Assembly: GCA_964016885.1 (NCBI GenBank)
Contig: OZ024744.1
Location: forward strand, 51,770,001 to 51,834,000
Reading direction: 5' to 3'
Origin: Eledone cirrhosa
Taxonomy: Eukaryota
DNA: 64,000 nucleotides
This document shows, in pieces, positions 29,084 to 40,615 of the stretch. Every line of letters begins with the position of its first letter. Within the stretch, counting starts at the first letter, position 1. The translations under genes were made by a program, and so were the position numbers. The notes below the pieces were generated by a model. The model worked only from the letters and a program-made list of their open reading frames with translations. It was not told the origin of the DNA and ran no database searches.

Positions 29084-29612
29084 AGAGATTTACTTCACTG
29101 CTTTAAGATCGATTCTAGGTGATGATAATACATTGTAGCTATACTCTGTTATTGATCTGTGTAAGGTTATTTACAAAATATCAGATAAAAAGTATATTTA
29201 CTTACATGCATATCACCAGCTGATTTAAAAGCAATAATAATTTTATTCAAAATTAGTAGTATGTTAGTATCATGTCCTTGTTTGGATGTATTGAAGAACT
29301 AACCAATCAAATTGTTTTTTTCACATGGTGTTAAGATGAAAAGTAATACACTTTAGTTGAGGTCATGACTTTTTGAAAGGAATGGTTGAATGGTGTTAAT
29401 AGTAGAATTGGCATAAAATCTATTAGGAGGAAAGGGATTGTCAAACTGATAGTTGAATGTATCTGCTATAGTGAAGTTTAAAAGGAATGTAAAAATAAAA
29501 ATAAATGTAAAAATAAATGGTGATTAGTGTTGTATTTGGATTTTTAGGTGAATATAAATTAACGTTATGGCTAGGAAAGATAGTATATTAAAAGATGAAA
29601 ATTATAATAAGA

Positions 29613-29724
29613 TAATTGTTTTTACTTTTGGCACAAGGCCAGCAATTATCCCAGTACATAATTGGTACTTTATTTTATCGACCCCGTAAGGATGAAAGGC
29701 AAAGTTAACCTCGGCGGGATTTGA
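29613..29724 (-). mobile_element. 5'-truncated copy of the main tRNA-derived SINE
   Basis: Reverse complement carries TCAAATCCCGCCGAGGTTAACTTTGCCTTTCATCCTTACGGGGTCGATAAAATAAAGTACC...GGCCTTGTGCC, shared with more than 15 other copies in the window. Confidence 0.85.
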
Positions 29725-30039
29725 TGAAATACAGTAATGCGATAATATACAACATAACCAACACAATATAGTACGGTGTGGTAAATTGCACTCAGTATAA
29801 TACAGCATATTTTACGCGCTAAAATACTATCAAGTATGTTTATGTATAAATAATCAAACTCAGATCAATACATGTTGGCATAGTTAAAACACATAAATTT
29901 CATAGATTACAAAGTGCATCTATCCACACTATATACACTATATATAGAGAGGTACAGTTATATTGATATCCAACCCAAAATATACATACGCACAAATAGA
30001 TGCAAACCTAAATACACATTTACACATGTGCACATAATC

Positions 30040-30092
30040 ATATACACACATATCTATACATATCTATATTAACACATACACACCTATACCCC

Positions 30093-30150
<58 letters not shown>

Positions 30151-30326
30151 CACATATATATATACACATATATAAAAAGCGCACACATGTATATATGTGT
30201 GTATGTACACACCTCATACATGTACACACACTCATATATAAACACTCATACACATATACTCACATACACACACACACAAACACAACATATATATATATAT
30301 ATACACACATACACATACATATACAG

Positions 30327-30391
<65 letters not shown>

Positions 30392-30451
30392 TACATAAAT
30401 ATATATATACACACACATAAATATATTTCCATATCATACATAGATATATAT
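30040..30451. repeat. Compound (CA)n/(TA)n microsatellite at the 3' side of the PLE
   Basis: Direct reading of dinucleotide tracts. Confidence 0.9.
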
Positions 30452-30624
30452 TTTTACTCATGCAATTATGGGTGGTTGTGTACCTTATTGCCTTTAGTCA
30501 TTGACGCATAAACCTAAGGAAGCTAAAACATTAAAAGGTAAAAATGAATGCATATAATTAGGAGAAAGGGGTACTAATAAATGTTACTCTATATAGAATT
30601 ATAGTGAGATGCTATTTAGAATAT

Positions 30625-31124
30625 TTAATTAGGTTTATAGTATTTAAATGTTCTTCGTATACAGTGATTACAAACTATGATCAGTTCCTGTCTTTTATTT
30701 AATAAATCGTCCTTAGATTTAGTAATTTCCAAGATCTCCCCTGAACATAATCTGCATTCCCTCCTGTTCCCAAGATATGGAGTTCTTTGTAGAATGGTGT
30801 TCCACGATAACTTGAAATCTATTTTTTTCTTTTTATAATTATTTATCGCTTCAGCTAAAGATGTGGTGTTAGCTAGTTTAGTATTGTTGAAACTACTAGA
30901 GTGTGCGTAAAATCTTTTCTTAAATGTGTTTGATGTATATCCTATATATGTTTTGTTGGAGTCTGTAGTAGACACAGTGCATTTATATATTATATTATTA
31001 ATCAAACAGTTGCCATTTAAGGGGAAAATGCTTCTATTTCTACAATTACAGCCATACGTAAGATAGTTGTTGGGGGTGCCTATACTATTCTCATTAATCC
31101 TTGAGCTATTCATATTGTAATTAA
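30625..31124 (-). pseudogene. PLE ORF part 2: Cys-rich linker and GIY-YIG endonuclease
   Basis: ORF 30625..31167 (first 14 aa come from the SINE tail). Shows IIY...YIG, a conserved Arg in FKKRF, CxxC-x2-E and LNKR motifs. Confidence 0.9.
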
Positions 31125-31321
31125 TTGTTTCTACTTTTGGCACAAAGCCAGCAATTACCCAGTGCATTACTGGTACTTTATTTTATCGACCCCGTAAGGT
31201 TGAAAGGCAAAGTTAACCTCGGCAGGATTTGAACTCAGATCAGAAAGGGGCGTAACTCTGTGCTACAAAGCATGTTGTCCGACCCTCTAGCGATACTCCC
31301 AAACCACCATCCTTATTATAA
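31125..31321 (-). mobile_element. Full-length tRNA-derived SINE inserted in the PLE ORF
   Basis: A-box-like TGGGAGTATCGCTAG and B-box GAGTTCAAATCC on the minus strand. Flanked by 18-bp direct repeats TATTCATATTGTAATTAA (31107-31124) and TATTCCTATTGTAATTAA (31322-31339). Confidence 0.92.
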
Positions 31322-32459
31322 TATTCCTATTGTAATTAAAGATAGCAGGAGAATAAAGGTTGCTTTGTGGGTGGTTTGGTGCTAGGGTTGTATTGTGATT
31401 TTGTGTTCTGTTGTTTTTGTGTTGGTGATTTGGGTGGTTGTGTTTTCTAGGTTGAAGGATTGTATTATTTGCCTTTTTAAAAGGCGCAGTCCTATTTAAA
31501 TTATGTTGTGGTGGTGTAGTCATATTATTTTTAAGTTTATAAATGTTGTAGTTGCTTATTTTTTGCTGGAGATTGTTTGATGTAGAGTATGAGAATTTAA
31601 CAGTATATTTGTTAAATATTTGGTGGTATCTGTGGTTTGGTGGAAAATGTTTATGTAGAATTTCAAAGAATTTTTTGGGGATTTGTCCAATAGTTTTCAG
31701 GTTGAAGGGTGCGTTGTACCATGTTATGTTTCTTTTGCGGTTTTTAATTAAGTTCTTATTACCACTTATATTATTGTACTGTGTTCTAGAAGAATTCCTA
31801 TGGTTAGTATCATTATTTGTGGAATTTGGTAAATTACCGTGGTTATATTTGGTGTTATTATTGGGTAGATTATGAGATTTTGAGTGCTTGGTATTCATAT
31901 GTGGGTTGATAACATTGGTCATAGATCGTGTAGTAATAGTTGTTGTGGTTTTTCGGTTGTTTGGTGTAATAGGAATAACCACTTTAGGTATTTGTTTCAA
32001 TGGTATTTTTTGGTTTTTGTAGTTTTTGCTAGGTTTTATATTTTGGTCCATAGTAGTGTTGGGGATATATGAGATTTTTTCTTTATATCCACTTCTAGTT
32101 AAGACCTCGTTGTAGAAGGGTGCATTATTATAAAATATATCTTCATTGGAAGATAATTTAGAAAGTCTAAGATATATGTTATATACTAAGTTCTTGAGTA
32201 TAGAGCCAGGGTGGTTAGATCGTGAATGTACATAGTGTAGATTCTGGTTGGGTTTGTGGTAAGGTTGATAAGTATTCGTAGAGAGGTCTAAGGTAACGTC
32301 AAGGAAATTAGCTCCTTTTGAAGTGTTTTCAAAAGTGATGCTAAGGCTGTAATAGTCCTTGAGGAATTTTCTAATTTGTTTTTTGTTTTTCTCTATATTG
32401 GAATTGCTAAGATTGTTAGATAACAATAGACAATCATCCCGATAAAGACCACCTTTGAG
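31322..32459 (-). pseudogene. PLE ORF part 1: C-terminal half of reverse transcriptase, thumb and linker
   Basis: ORF 31287..32537 with the (GT)n-derived N-terminus and SINE-derived C-terminus removed. It starts 4 codons before the YRDD catalytic motif; the N-terminal RT motifs are absent. Confidence 0.9.

Positions 32460-32460
<1 letters not shown>

Positions 32461-32557
<97 letters not shown>
32461..32557. repeat. (CA)n-(TA)n microsatellite at the PLE 5' truncation point
   Basis: About 39 CA units followed by TA units. Confidence 0.95.
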
Positions 32558-32558
32558 T

Positions 32559-33381
<823 letters not shown>

Positions 33382-33412
33382 GCTCAAGCCGTTTCGACGG
33401 CTAATTCGACGG

Positions 33413-33447
<35 letters not shown>

Positions 33448-33545
33448 CGATTGTGTTCTTATTTCTGTTTACCTTTTACATAGGGTGCAAGCAGCGATTC
33501 TTTGCTTAAACTTTAATCTGTTATTTTAATATATATATATATATT

Positions 33546-33879
33546 GATTATAGGGCCTCCCGGCAGATAACCCCCTTTAACCACTCCCCTGGAGTCGACT
33601 GAAGCACTGCAGTGCAATGCAACAAAACGTCATAACTTCTGGAGTTCGCAACCGATTTTCACAAAACTTGACACATGGGTTACGTTTGTCCTACAGATGA
33701 ATGTGAACTCTCAGAATTGGCACATATTGAGTAGGGGACCCCTATGGGCAGGAACCCCCTTTTGGAAAAAGGCGATGATTTTGTAAAAGTATAGTTTTCG
33801 AAGCAGCACTGAAGTATTGTCATACATGGTATACACAACTGCTATTTAATACCCGAGCAACGCCGGGTACCTCTGCTAG
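33546..33879 (+). mobile_element. Helitron-type non-autonomous element, 3' part (5' end not defined)
   Basis: Subterminal hairpin ACCCGAGCAACGCCGGGT (33851-33868) followed by CTAG (33876-79) and then T. Confidence 0.65.
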
Positions 33880-33880
33880 T

Positions 33881-34192
33881 ACATATATAAACACACACTC
33901 ATACAGCGTCATAATGTCGTAATGGACAGCCAGACATACAGACATATATTATAAGGGTGCAACGCTATATCTATGTATCTATCTAAAAGAAAGACTAAGA
34001 ATTATAGAGAGAGATCACTAAATCGCCTAATGCGGGCTCTAGGGCATTGAAAATTTGAAATATGTTTTGCTTAAAACACTCACAGGATCATAAGTATTAC
34101 ATGTGTAAAGTTTGAAAACAATCGGTTGGGTGGTTCTCGAGTTTTAGGGAGTCAGACAGACAGACAGACATTCTCTATTTTAGATATATAGA
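33881..34192 (-). mobile_element. 5' fragment of a non-autonomous Helitron, a diverged inverted copy of 34217-34505
   Basis: Reverse complement begins A|TCTATATATCTAAAATAGAGAATGTCTGTCTG...CCCTAAAACTCGAGAA and aligns along about 300 bp with 34217 onward. Confidence 0.8.
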
Positions 34193-34216
34193 TAACGTGA
34201 AACGTATAAATGACGA

Positions 34217-34979
34217 TCTATATATATAAAACAGGGGATGTCTGTGTGTCTGTTTCCCTAAAACTCGAGAAGTACCCAACCCATTTTTTTCGAACTTTAT
34301 ACATGTAACTCGTATGACCTCGGAAGTGTTTTGAGCCAAAAAAATTTCAAATTAGGCGATTTAGCGATCTCTTTCTCTTTCTCTTAGTCTTTCTCTTTTT
34401 AGATAGATACATAGATATGACGTCGCGCCTTCATAATATCTGTCTGTATGCCTGACTGTCTGCATTACGTCATTATGACGCGTTCAGTGTGTGTGTGTAT
34501 ATACATTCTTATACCAAGGAACGTATTCACGAACCAAAGTATCGTCTTCCTGTTTTCCAGATTGATTTTTTTAGTTTCAGAAGATCCCGTTAAGGGTGAA
34601 AGCAGCGATTCTTTGCTTAAACATTAATATGTTATTTTAATATAGATATTCGTGTACAGATATTTTTGCATACACAAAAACAAAATATAAACAAACAAGG
34701 CCAAAGATTACATCAATTAGTCTTAGTGTACTGCATACTGCTTTTAGGTAGAATATCCCGTTAAGGGTGAAAGCAGTGATTCTTTGCTTAAACTTTAGTC
34801 TGTTATTTTAATATATATATATATATATAATTATATATTTATGGACAGATATTTTTGCATACACAATAACAAAATATAAACAAACGTATTTATTTCACGA
34901 GGTTCGATAAGGATAAATATATATCAAATATATAAGAACCATATAGCAAATCCCGAGCAACGCCGGGCCATTCTGCTAG
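34217..34979 (+). mobile_element. Complete non-autonomous Helitron (763 bp)
   Basis: A|TCTATATATATAAAA 5' end; 3' hairpin CCCGAGCAACGCCGGG (34952-67) then CTAG|T; A-T target, no TSD. Internal duplication with 171-bp spacing (34584 and 34755). Confidence 0.85.
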
Positions 34980-35297
34980 TTATATATAAAACATGGTGTA
35001 TATGTGTGTGAGAATGGGGCAGTACCAGTCTGTGTAGATAGAGGTTAGGTCATTCTCATTGTTTACTAGTTATTACTTTGAGCTGAAGTTTCGTGTCCAA
35101 GAGTAAATCGACTCCAGGTACTATAAATTACAGGTACAACATACCATGTGTGCAGGTTGGCGTTCGGTTTGGAATATTTACTAGGTGTTTTGCAGACACA
35201 CTGGAACAGTGCTGGTCTTATTTACGTGTATATATATTATAAAGTGAAATTACAGGAGGCCAAAAATGTTGAATTTCCTTAATTATTTATTACTGTA

Positions 35298-35356
35298 AAC
35301 ACTATGCACATTTCAGTGGTCAGGTTGCGTAAAAACCTGGTGACATCTTCTGGTGT
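35298..35356 (-). ncRNA. Decayed hammerhead motif (core CAGAAGA), paralog of 37026-37085
   Basis: Minus strand reads acac-CAGAAGA-t-gtcaccaggtt...aacctgaccact-GAAA-tgtgca-TA-gtgt. The flank 35255-35355 is homologous to 36987-37085. Confidence 0.55.
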
Positions 35357-35494
35357 AAATTGCGTGATAGATGTATACCAACGGAATGGTGGTAAACTTT
35401 AAAGAAGCAAGCAAAGAAAAAGCAGGGAAGAAAAAGTGTGTTTATGTTTTTGTTTTTTACCCAGAGACTGCATGTTTATATATCTATCTATCTA

Positions 35495-35550
<56 letters not shown>

Positions 35551-35728
35551 GCAGAGGTTATATTTAATTTGTTGGGATTCAACAAGCTTAAACATTTTTA
35601 TAACTGATATAAAGCACTCAACAGTTTAGTGGAGTAAGTACACTATCTAAGTGTCTATCCAGGAAGCTTCAACCGTTAAGGCTGTCTTTTTTCCGGGTAT
35701 GTCAATATTTATTTATAAAACAAATCTG

Positions 35729-35794
35729 TATTTTATCTGATGAAAGCGCACCATAATTTGCCTTGGTTGCCCTTGAAATATATATAATAAAATA
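35729..35794 (+). ncRNA. Type-I hammerhead ribozyme motif with intact core, inside a roughly 280-bp island flanked by (TA)n
   Basis: tattttat-CTGATGA(35737-43)-aagcgcacca...tggttgccctt-GAAA(35775-78)-tatata-TA-ataaaata. Perfect 8-bp stem I and palindromic stem III. Confidence 0.82.
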
Positions 35795-35840
35795 AATATC
35801 GTTTTATAAATATAGTTTCCATTTATTAATATATTGTATA

Positions 35841-35894
<54 letters not shown>

Positions 35895-35903
<9 letters not shown>

Positions 35904-36073
35904 GTGAAGTTTTTTTTACAAAATGAAAAATAACCGAGGTGTCCTACACGAGTGAAAGTATAAAGAAAGAAAGATGAAATCGAAAATGCAACAGGAGTCT
36001 TATTTAAAAAAAAATATATATATTTATTTGGTTCCTTTACCCGTTTCGCAGTTCTGCTTTTCAAAAGTAGAGT
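35895..36073. repeat. Dispersed repeat embedded in (TA)n; second copy at 57422-57604
   Basis: ATTAGAAAGTGA.GTTTTTTACAAAATGAAAAATAACCGAGGTGTCCTACACGAGTGAAAG...GTTTCGCAGTTCTGCTTTTCAAAAGTAGAGT is near-identical in both copies. Confidence 0.9.
36035..36067 (-). ncRNA. Minimal hammerhead-like motif, U3-A8 core variant (stem III palindrome mutated)
   Basis: ctt-TTGAAAA-gcagaactgc-GAAA-cggg-TA-aag. Confidence 0.55.
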
Positions 36074-36296
36074 ATATATATATATGAAAAGGTTCAGGGC
36101 CCCGAGGGCAGAGCTGAAGCCGTTGCGACGGCTATATTTATATATCTATATATCTATAGGTGTGTGTGCGTGTGTATCAGAATCAAGAACAGATGGAGCA
36201 AAAAATTTACAAAGTCTCGAATCGTTGTTCTTGTTGTTTAGCCCCAGGTTAACTATAACCAAACAGGAATATGATGAAAGGTTTCCCCGTTTGAAG

Positions 36297-36407
36297 GTGT
36301 GTATGTGTGTGTGTGTATGTGTGTGTGTGTGCGTGTGTGTATGTGTGTGTACTGTACGTGTGCGTGTGTGTGCGTGTGTGTGTGTATGTGTGCGCGTGTG
36401 TGATGCG

Positions 36408-36486
<79 letters not shown>

Positions 36487-36543
36487 GCGTGCGCGTGCGC
36501 GTGCGCGTGCGTGTGTGTGTGTGTCTGTGTGTGTGTGTGTGTT
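36297..36543. repeat. (GT)n/(GCGT)n microsatellite
   Basis: Direct reading. Confidence 0.95.
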
Positions 36544-36706
36544 TGTTAAGAAACAGCGAAGGAAAAAAGATACAATTTCTAATGTGAAGTTCAAATTCTT
36601 TAATCTAACAGATCATTTATCGATCGCAATTCTAGATAGAAAATCTTCATCTACATGTTTTTAAAAGCGATGCTAATGTATATTTTGCACACAGACACAG
36701 ACACAC

Positions 36707-36791
<85 letters not shown>

Positions 36792-37025
36792 TATATATAT
36801 ATATATATATATATATTCATTTAGGTTTGTTGGTTCACCACTGGGTAGAATTGGTCATTCCGTATAGTCAACCGTGATGTAATACTAGGAAAAGCACTCG
36901 ACGTGATGCAACTCACCCATCTTCGTTTATGTTGAATCTTGTTGGTGGTGCGAGAACAGAGTTAATAATTATTGAGTAAAATGACAGGAGGCTCGACTGG
37001 GGAAATTCCATAAAGATTTATTACA

Positions 37026-37085
37026 AACACTATGCACATTTCAATGACTGGGTTCTGTAGGAACCCGGTGACATCATCAGGTGTT
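37026..37085 (-). ncRNA. Type-I hammerhead motif (extra-U variant, partly decayed stem II)
   Basis: aacac-CTGATGA-t-gtcaccgggttc-ctaca-gaacccagtcatt-GAAA-tgtgca-TA-gtgtt; 5-bp stem I. Confidence 0.68.
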
Positions 37086-37287
37086 ACGAAATGTATCTAA
37101 TAAAGCACTATAATAATAGTAGACACAATCCAAGGGGCTGAAAAGTAGAGATAAATGTTTAAGACCCGAAGGCGGCCAGAGGCAGCAGTTGCCAGACACA
37201 CACTCTCTCTCTCCTTCTCACTCACACACACACACACACATATTTATATATATACGTTCAATTGCTCACGTATGTCATTTAATCGGA

Positions 37288-37369
37288 TGCTGCTGTTGTG
37301 GTTGTTTTTGTGTTTGATGTTGTTGCTGCTGTTGTTGCTGTTGCTGCTGTTGTTGCTGTTGTTGCTGCT
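37288..37369. repeat. (GTT/GCT)n trinucleotide microsatellite
   Basis: Direct reading; it produces the spurious poly-Leu ORF. Confidence 0.85.
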
Positions 37370-37772
37370 AACCCAGGAACCAGCACTGATCTAGCCGACC
37401 TATGTCCAAACGTGCTCCGGCAGTGATTATCCTATCCTATTTATGTTAGACTACTCTATTCAATGTATACTTCGTCTTTTAAGACGATATTATGTAATTT
37501 GCAAGAGATTTGCCTGGTATTTCTAGCAGCATGTGGAGCGCATGCGTAGTGGCTCCCTCGTTGACTCCTATTCATTTACTAAGTCCTCCCTGAAACAGTT
37601 GGCACCTCTCAGTTGCATAATCTACTCTCTAGCGACTGATAGCTTGGGTGTCGAGAAATAAACACATTATTGTTTTGACAGGCAACACAAGAGATGTGAG
37701 TACAATTAGGTAGACAGAAACTGCCCGGAAGCCCGATGGATGGAGTGTAACTACCTGTCAAACACTGTTTTT

Positions 37773-38262
37773 CCTGAATCTCCCTGAGAATTATGTTCAA
37801 CGTTCACATGTCTGTGTAATAGTCAAATGATAAGGATGGCCCTTTCAATTATAGGTACCTGTAATTCAAAGGTCCATCCTTGTCACTTGTTGTGACACAC
37901 TGAATCTCCCTGATAACTATTTTAATGGTAGACGTGTCTGTGGTATACTCACACTATCATACAAGGTAGACTGTACCTGTAATTCAAAGGGCCAATCTTT
38001 GTTACACACAGTATCATACTGAATCTTCCTGAGAATTGCGTTAAATGTACACATATCTGTGGAATACTCAGCCACTTACACTATAATACAAGGTAGACTG
38101 TACCTGTAATTCAAATGGCCATCCTTGTCACATAATGTGTTACATCGAATCTCCCTGAGATATTATGTTAGAGGTACACACGTGGAATATTCTCCTACTT
38201 GCTCATCAAATAACGGGAACATTCATTGTCAAAACCGACGGAAGACCATTCCATTCAATTCC
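37773..38262 (+). repeat. Degenerate tandem repeat of a 118-127-bp unit, about 3.5 copies, probably a SINE/LINE 3' segment
   Basis: TACCTGTAATTCAAA at 37856, 37974 and 38101, each followed by GAATCT(C/T)CCTGA and a GTGG(A/T)ATA motif. Confidence 0.75.
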
Positions 38263-39044
38263 ACAATACAAGAGAATCGCAAAACTGAGTTTTTCAGTAA
38301 CACGACATTGCTAAGAATAATAAATTGAATTTGTGAAGGTAAAAAATAAACAAAATGGTTGACTGGGTAATTACTGGAGAGGGGGGGGGGGATTCGTTTA
38401 TAAGTTCAAAGACTCCCTTAGGTGCATTAGTATAGAATAATATATTAAGCCTTGTGATTGATAAATAATTTGTTGTACGATTAAAGAATTTGAACTTCAC
38501 TTAGAAGCGCTATATTTTTCTTCTTCTCAGCTTCAATTGAATATATTAATATTTATACAATCTAAATCATCACTCCTCTGTTTAAAATACCATATCATTT
38601 CTCGTAGCAACCATGGATCCTTTAGCCACTACGTAGTCAATCGAACTGCTAGAAATAGCAAACAAATCTTCATAAAGCCACAGCTTAATATCTCCATAAA
38701 ATAACACATATATTAATACACCATACACATACATACATACATTCATACATTTATACACACCCACATACATACATACATAGGGGTGGGGTTTGGCCAGGAT
38801 AAATGTTCGTATATGATTCTCATTAGAATACCCGGATTTCCCAACATTAAACAAATAATGATGTTCTGACTGAAATTAACAAAATTATTTTGCACAATTT
38901 AAACGATATGGCAGCCCCTGCCCCGCAACACCCTAAGGTGCAGATTGCAGAACAAGGAAAAATAAAATCCATGCAGCCAAACATATTAATTGCAAAATAT
39001 TGTTTGTATTATTATTAATATTATAGAAGCATTTATTATTATTT

Positions 39045-40052
39045 GGATTGGCAGTATCGGTAGAGCATCAGTCACCCTGCCTTGTAGCATAGAGTTATGG
39101 TCCTTTACGTTCTGAGTTCAAATCTCGCCGAGTTTAGCTTTGCCTTTCATCCTTACGGGGTCGATAAAATAAAGTGCCTGTAATGTAGTGGGGTCGACTT
39201 AATCGATTTTCTCCCCCCCCCCCAAAAAAAAAAATTGATGGCCTTGTGCCTATACTAGAAACCATTATTATTATCATATTAGCAATATTTGTAGAGCATT
39301 GGAGTCTATGCTTCGTAGCATATAATTACGGCCCTTTACGTTTTGATCTTTGCCTTTCATCATTACGCGATCGATAAAATAATACACCAGTTACGCACTG
39401 AGATCGATTTAATCGAATTTCCCCTCCCCCACAATTGTTGGCCTTCTGCCTAAAAACATTATTATTATTAATTCCAGCATTGAGGTGGGATTTTGGCAGA
39501 GTCGTTAGAACGTCGGATACGATGCTTTATGGTATTAGTTTCGGCTCTCTACTCACTGAGTTCAAATCCCGCCGAGGTCAACTTGGTTTTTCATCCTTTT
39601 TAGGTCGATAAAAAAAAGTAGAAGTGGAGTCGATTCTTCCTCCTTAGGTCGACGGATTAGCAGTATCGGTAGAGCGTCGGACAGCATGCTTTGCAGCATA
39701 TAGTAGGTGGTCCTTTACATTCTGAGTACAAATACTGCCTTTCATCCTGATGGGGTCGATAAAATAGAGTATGAGTAAAGCACTGGGGTTAGATTAATCG
39801 ACTTCCTCTCTTCCAAAATTACTGGCCTTGCGTATAAATCAGAAACCATCATTATCAAATTGACAATGTCGGTAGAGCGTCTGACGCCATGCTTCGTGGC
39901 ATATACTACTGCCTTATACCTTCTGATCTTTGCCTCTCATCCTTACGGGATCGATAAAATAATATAACAGTAATGCACTGGGGTCGATTTAATCGACTTT
40001 CCCCTCGCCCACAATTGTTGGCCTTGTACCTATAGTAGAAATCATTATTATT
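39045..40052 (+). mobile_element. Cluster of five head-to-tail tRNA-derived SINE copies
   Basis: Heads near 39046, 39278, 39483, 39654 and 39865. Each has TTTCATC(C/A)T...TCGATAAAA and most end in GGCCTT...(ATT)n. Confidence 0.88.
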
Positions 40053-40124
40053 AATTTCAACATTATGTATAAGAAGATATATAGGAATAAAATCAGGTCG
40101 GTTAAGTGTGTTGACACCTCTCAC

Positions 40125-40259
40125 CTGCAGACAAGAAAAGTATCATTGTACATTGTGCGTTTTAACCGGCAATTAATGGAAGTTCTAGCAAGGGAATTAA
40201 CAGATGTCATTGCCAGGAATGGGACACGTGACAATCCCAAGTCGCAGTCTTTAGTCACA
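40125..40259 (-). CDS. Candidate internal exon of an unidentified gene (135 bp, symmetric phase)
   Basis: Acceptor TTTGCTTTCGTTTAG| and donor CAG|GTGAGA. One open frame: VTKDCDLGLSRVPFLAMTSVNSLARTSINCRLKRTMYNDTFLVC. Sequence is unique in the window; no homology recognised. Confidence 0.35.
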
Positions 40260-40560
40260 CTAAACGAAAGCAAATTGAGTAAATAAAATTGCGGATGAAG
40301 AGAATCTGAAAATAATACAACAAAGAAACAAAAGAAAAAACACACAAACAAAAATAATATGCAAACGTTAATTTCTTTTTATATAGAACTTGTTAAAATA
40401 TAGACTTTGTTGTTGTTGTTTTCAGTGGGATCCGACCGTGATCCCCACATCAATATTTTTCAGACATAATATACCAGAACAGCATTACCTACATTATTAG
40501 CTATCTTATTACCCACCTACCAACATATCTTTCTACCAACGTATCAAATAACTAACCTGG

Positions 40561-40602
<42 letters not shown>

Positions 40603-40615
40603 ATCTTTCTATCTA

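Larger units (their letters stand above)
30452..32460 (-). mobile_element. 5'-truncated Penelope-like retroelement (PLE) with C-terminal GIY-YIG endonuclease, flanked by CA/TA microsatellites
   Basis: RT motifs GLYRDD and NFLDVTLDL, thumb YVHSRSNHP, KRNITWYNAPF...HFPPNHRYHQIFNKYTVKFSYS, Cys linker CNCRNRSIFPLNGNC, GIY-YIG IIYKC...YIG-x-T...FKKRF..H, then CRLC..E and LNKRQEL..CNH. The 3' boundary is approximate. Confidence 0.93.

Noticed and set aside
29206-29219. 14-bp minus-strand microexon (CAG|CTGGTGATATGCAT|GTAAGT)
   Set aside because: Splice-like signals only, not frame-preserving, and expected by chance.
30452-30624. Hammerhead in the PLE's own 3' region
   Set aside because: Only a very degenerate resemblance (ATGACTA...ATAA-ttgca-TG); too many core mismatches to call.
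39092-39101. GAGTTATGGT shared between a SINE copy and the satellite monomer
   Set aside because: Only 10 bp in a single SINE copy; insufficient to infer that the satellite came from the SINE.
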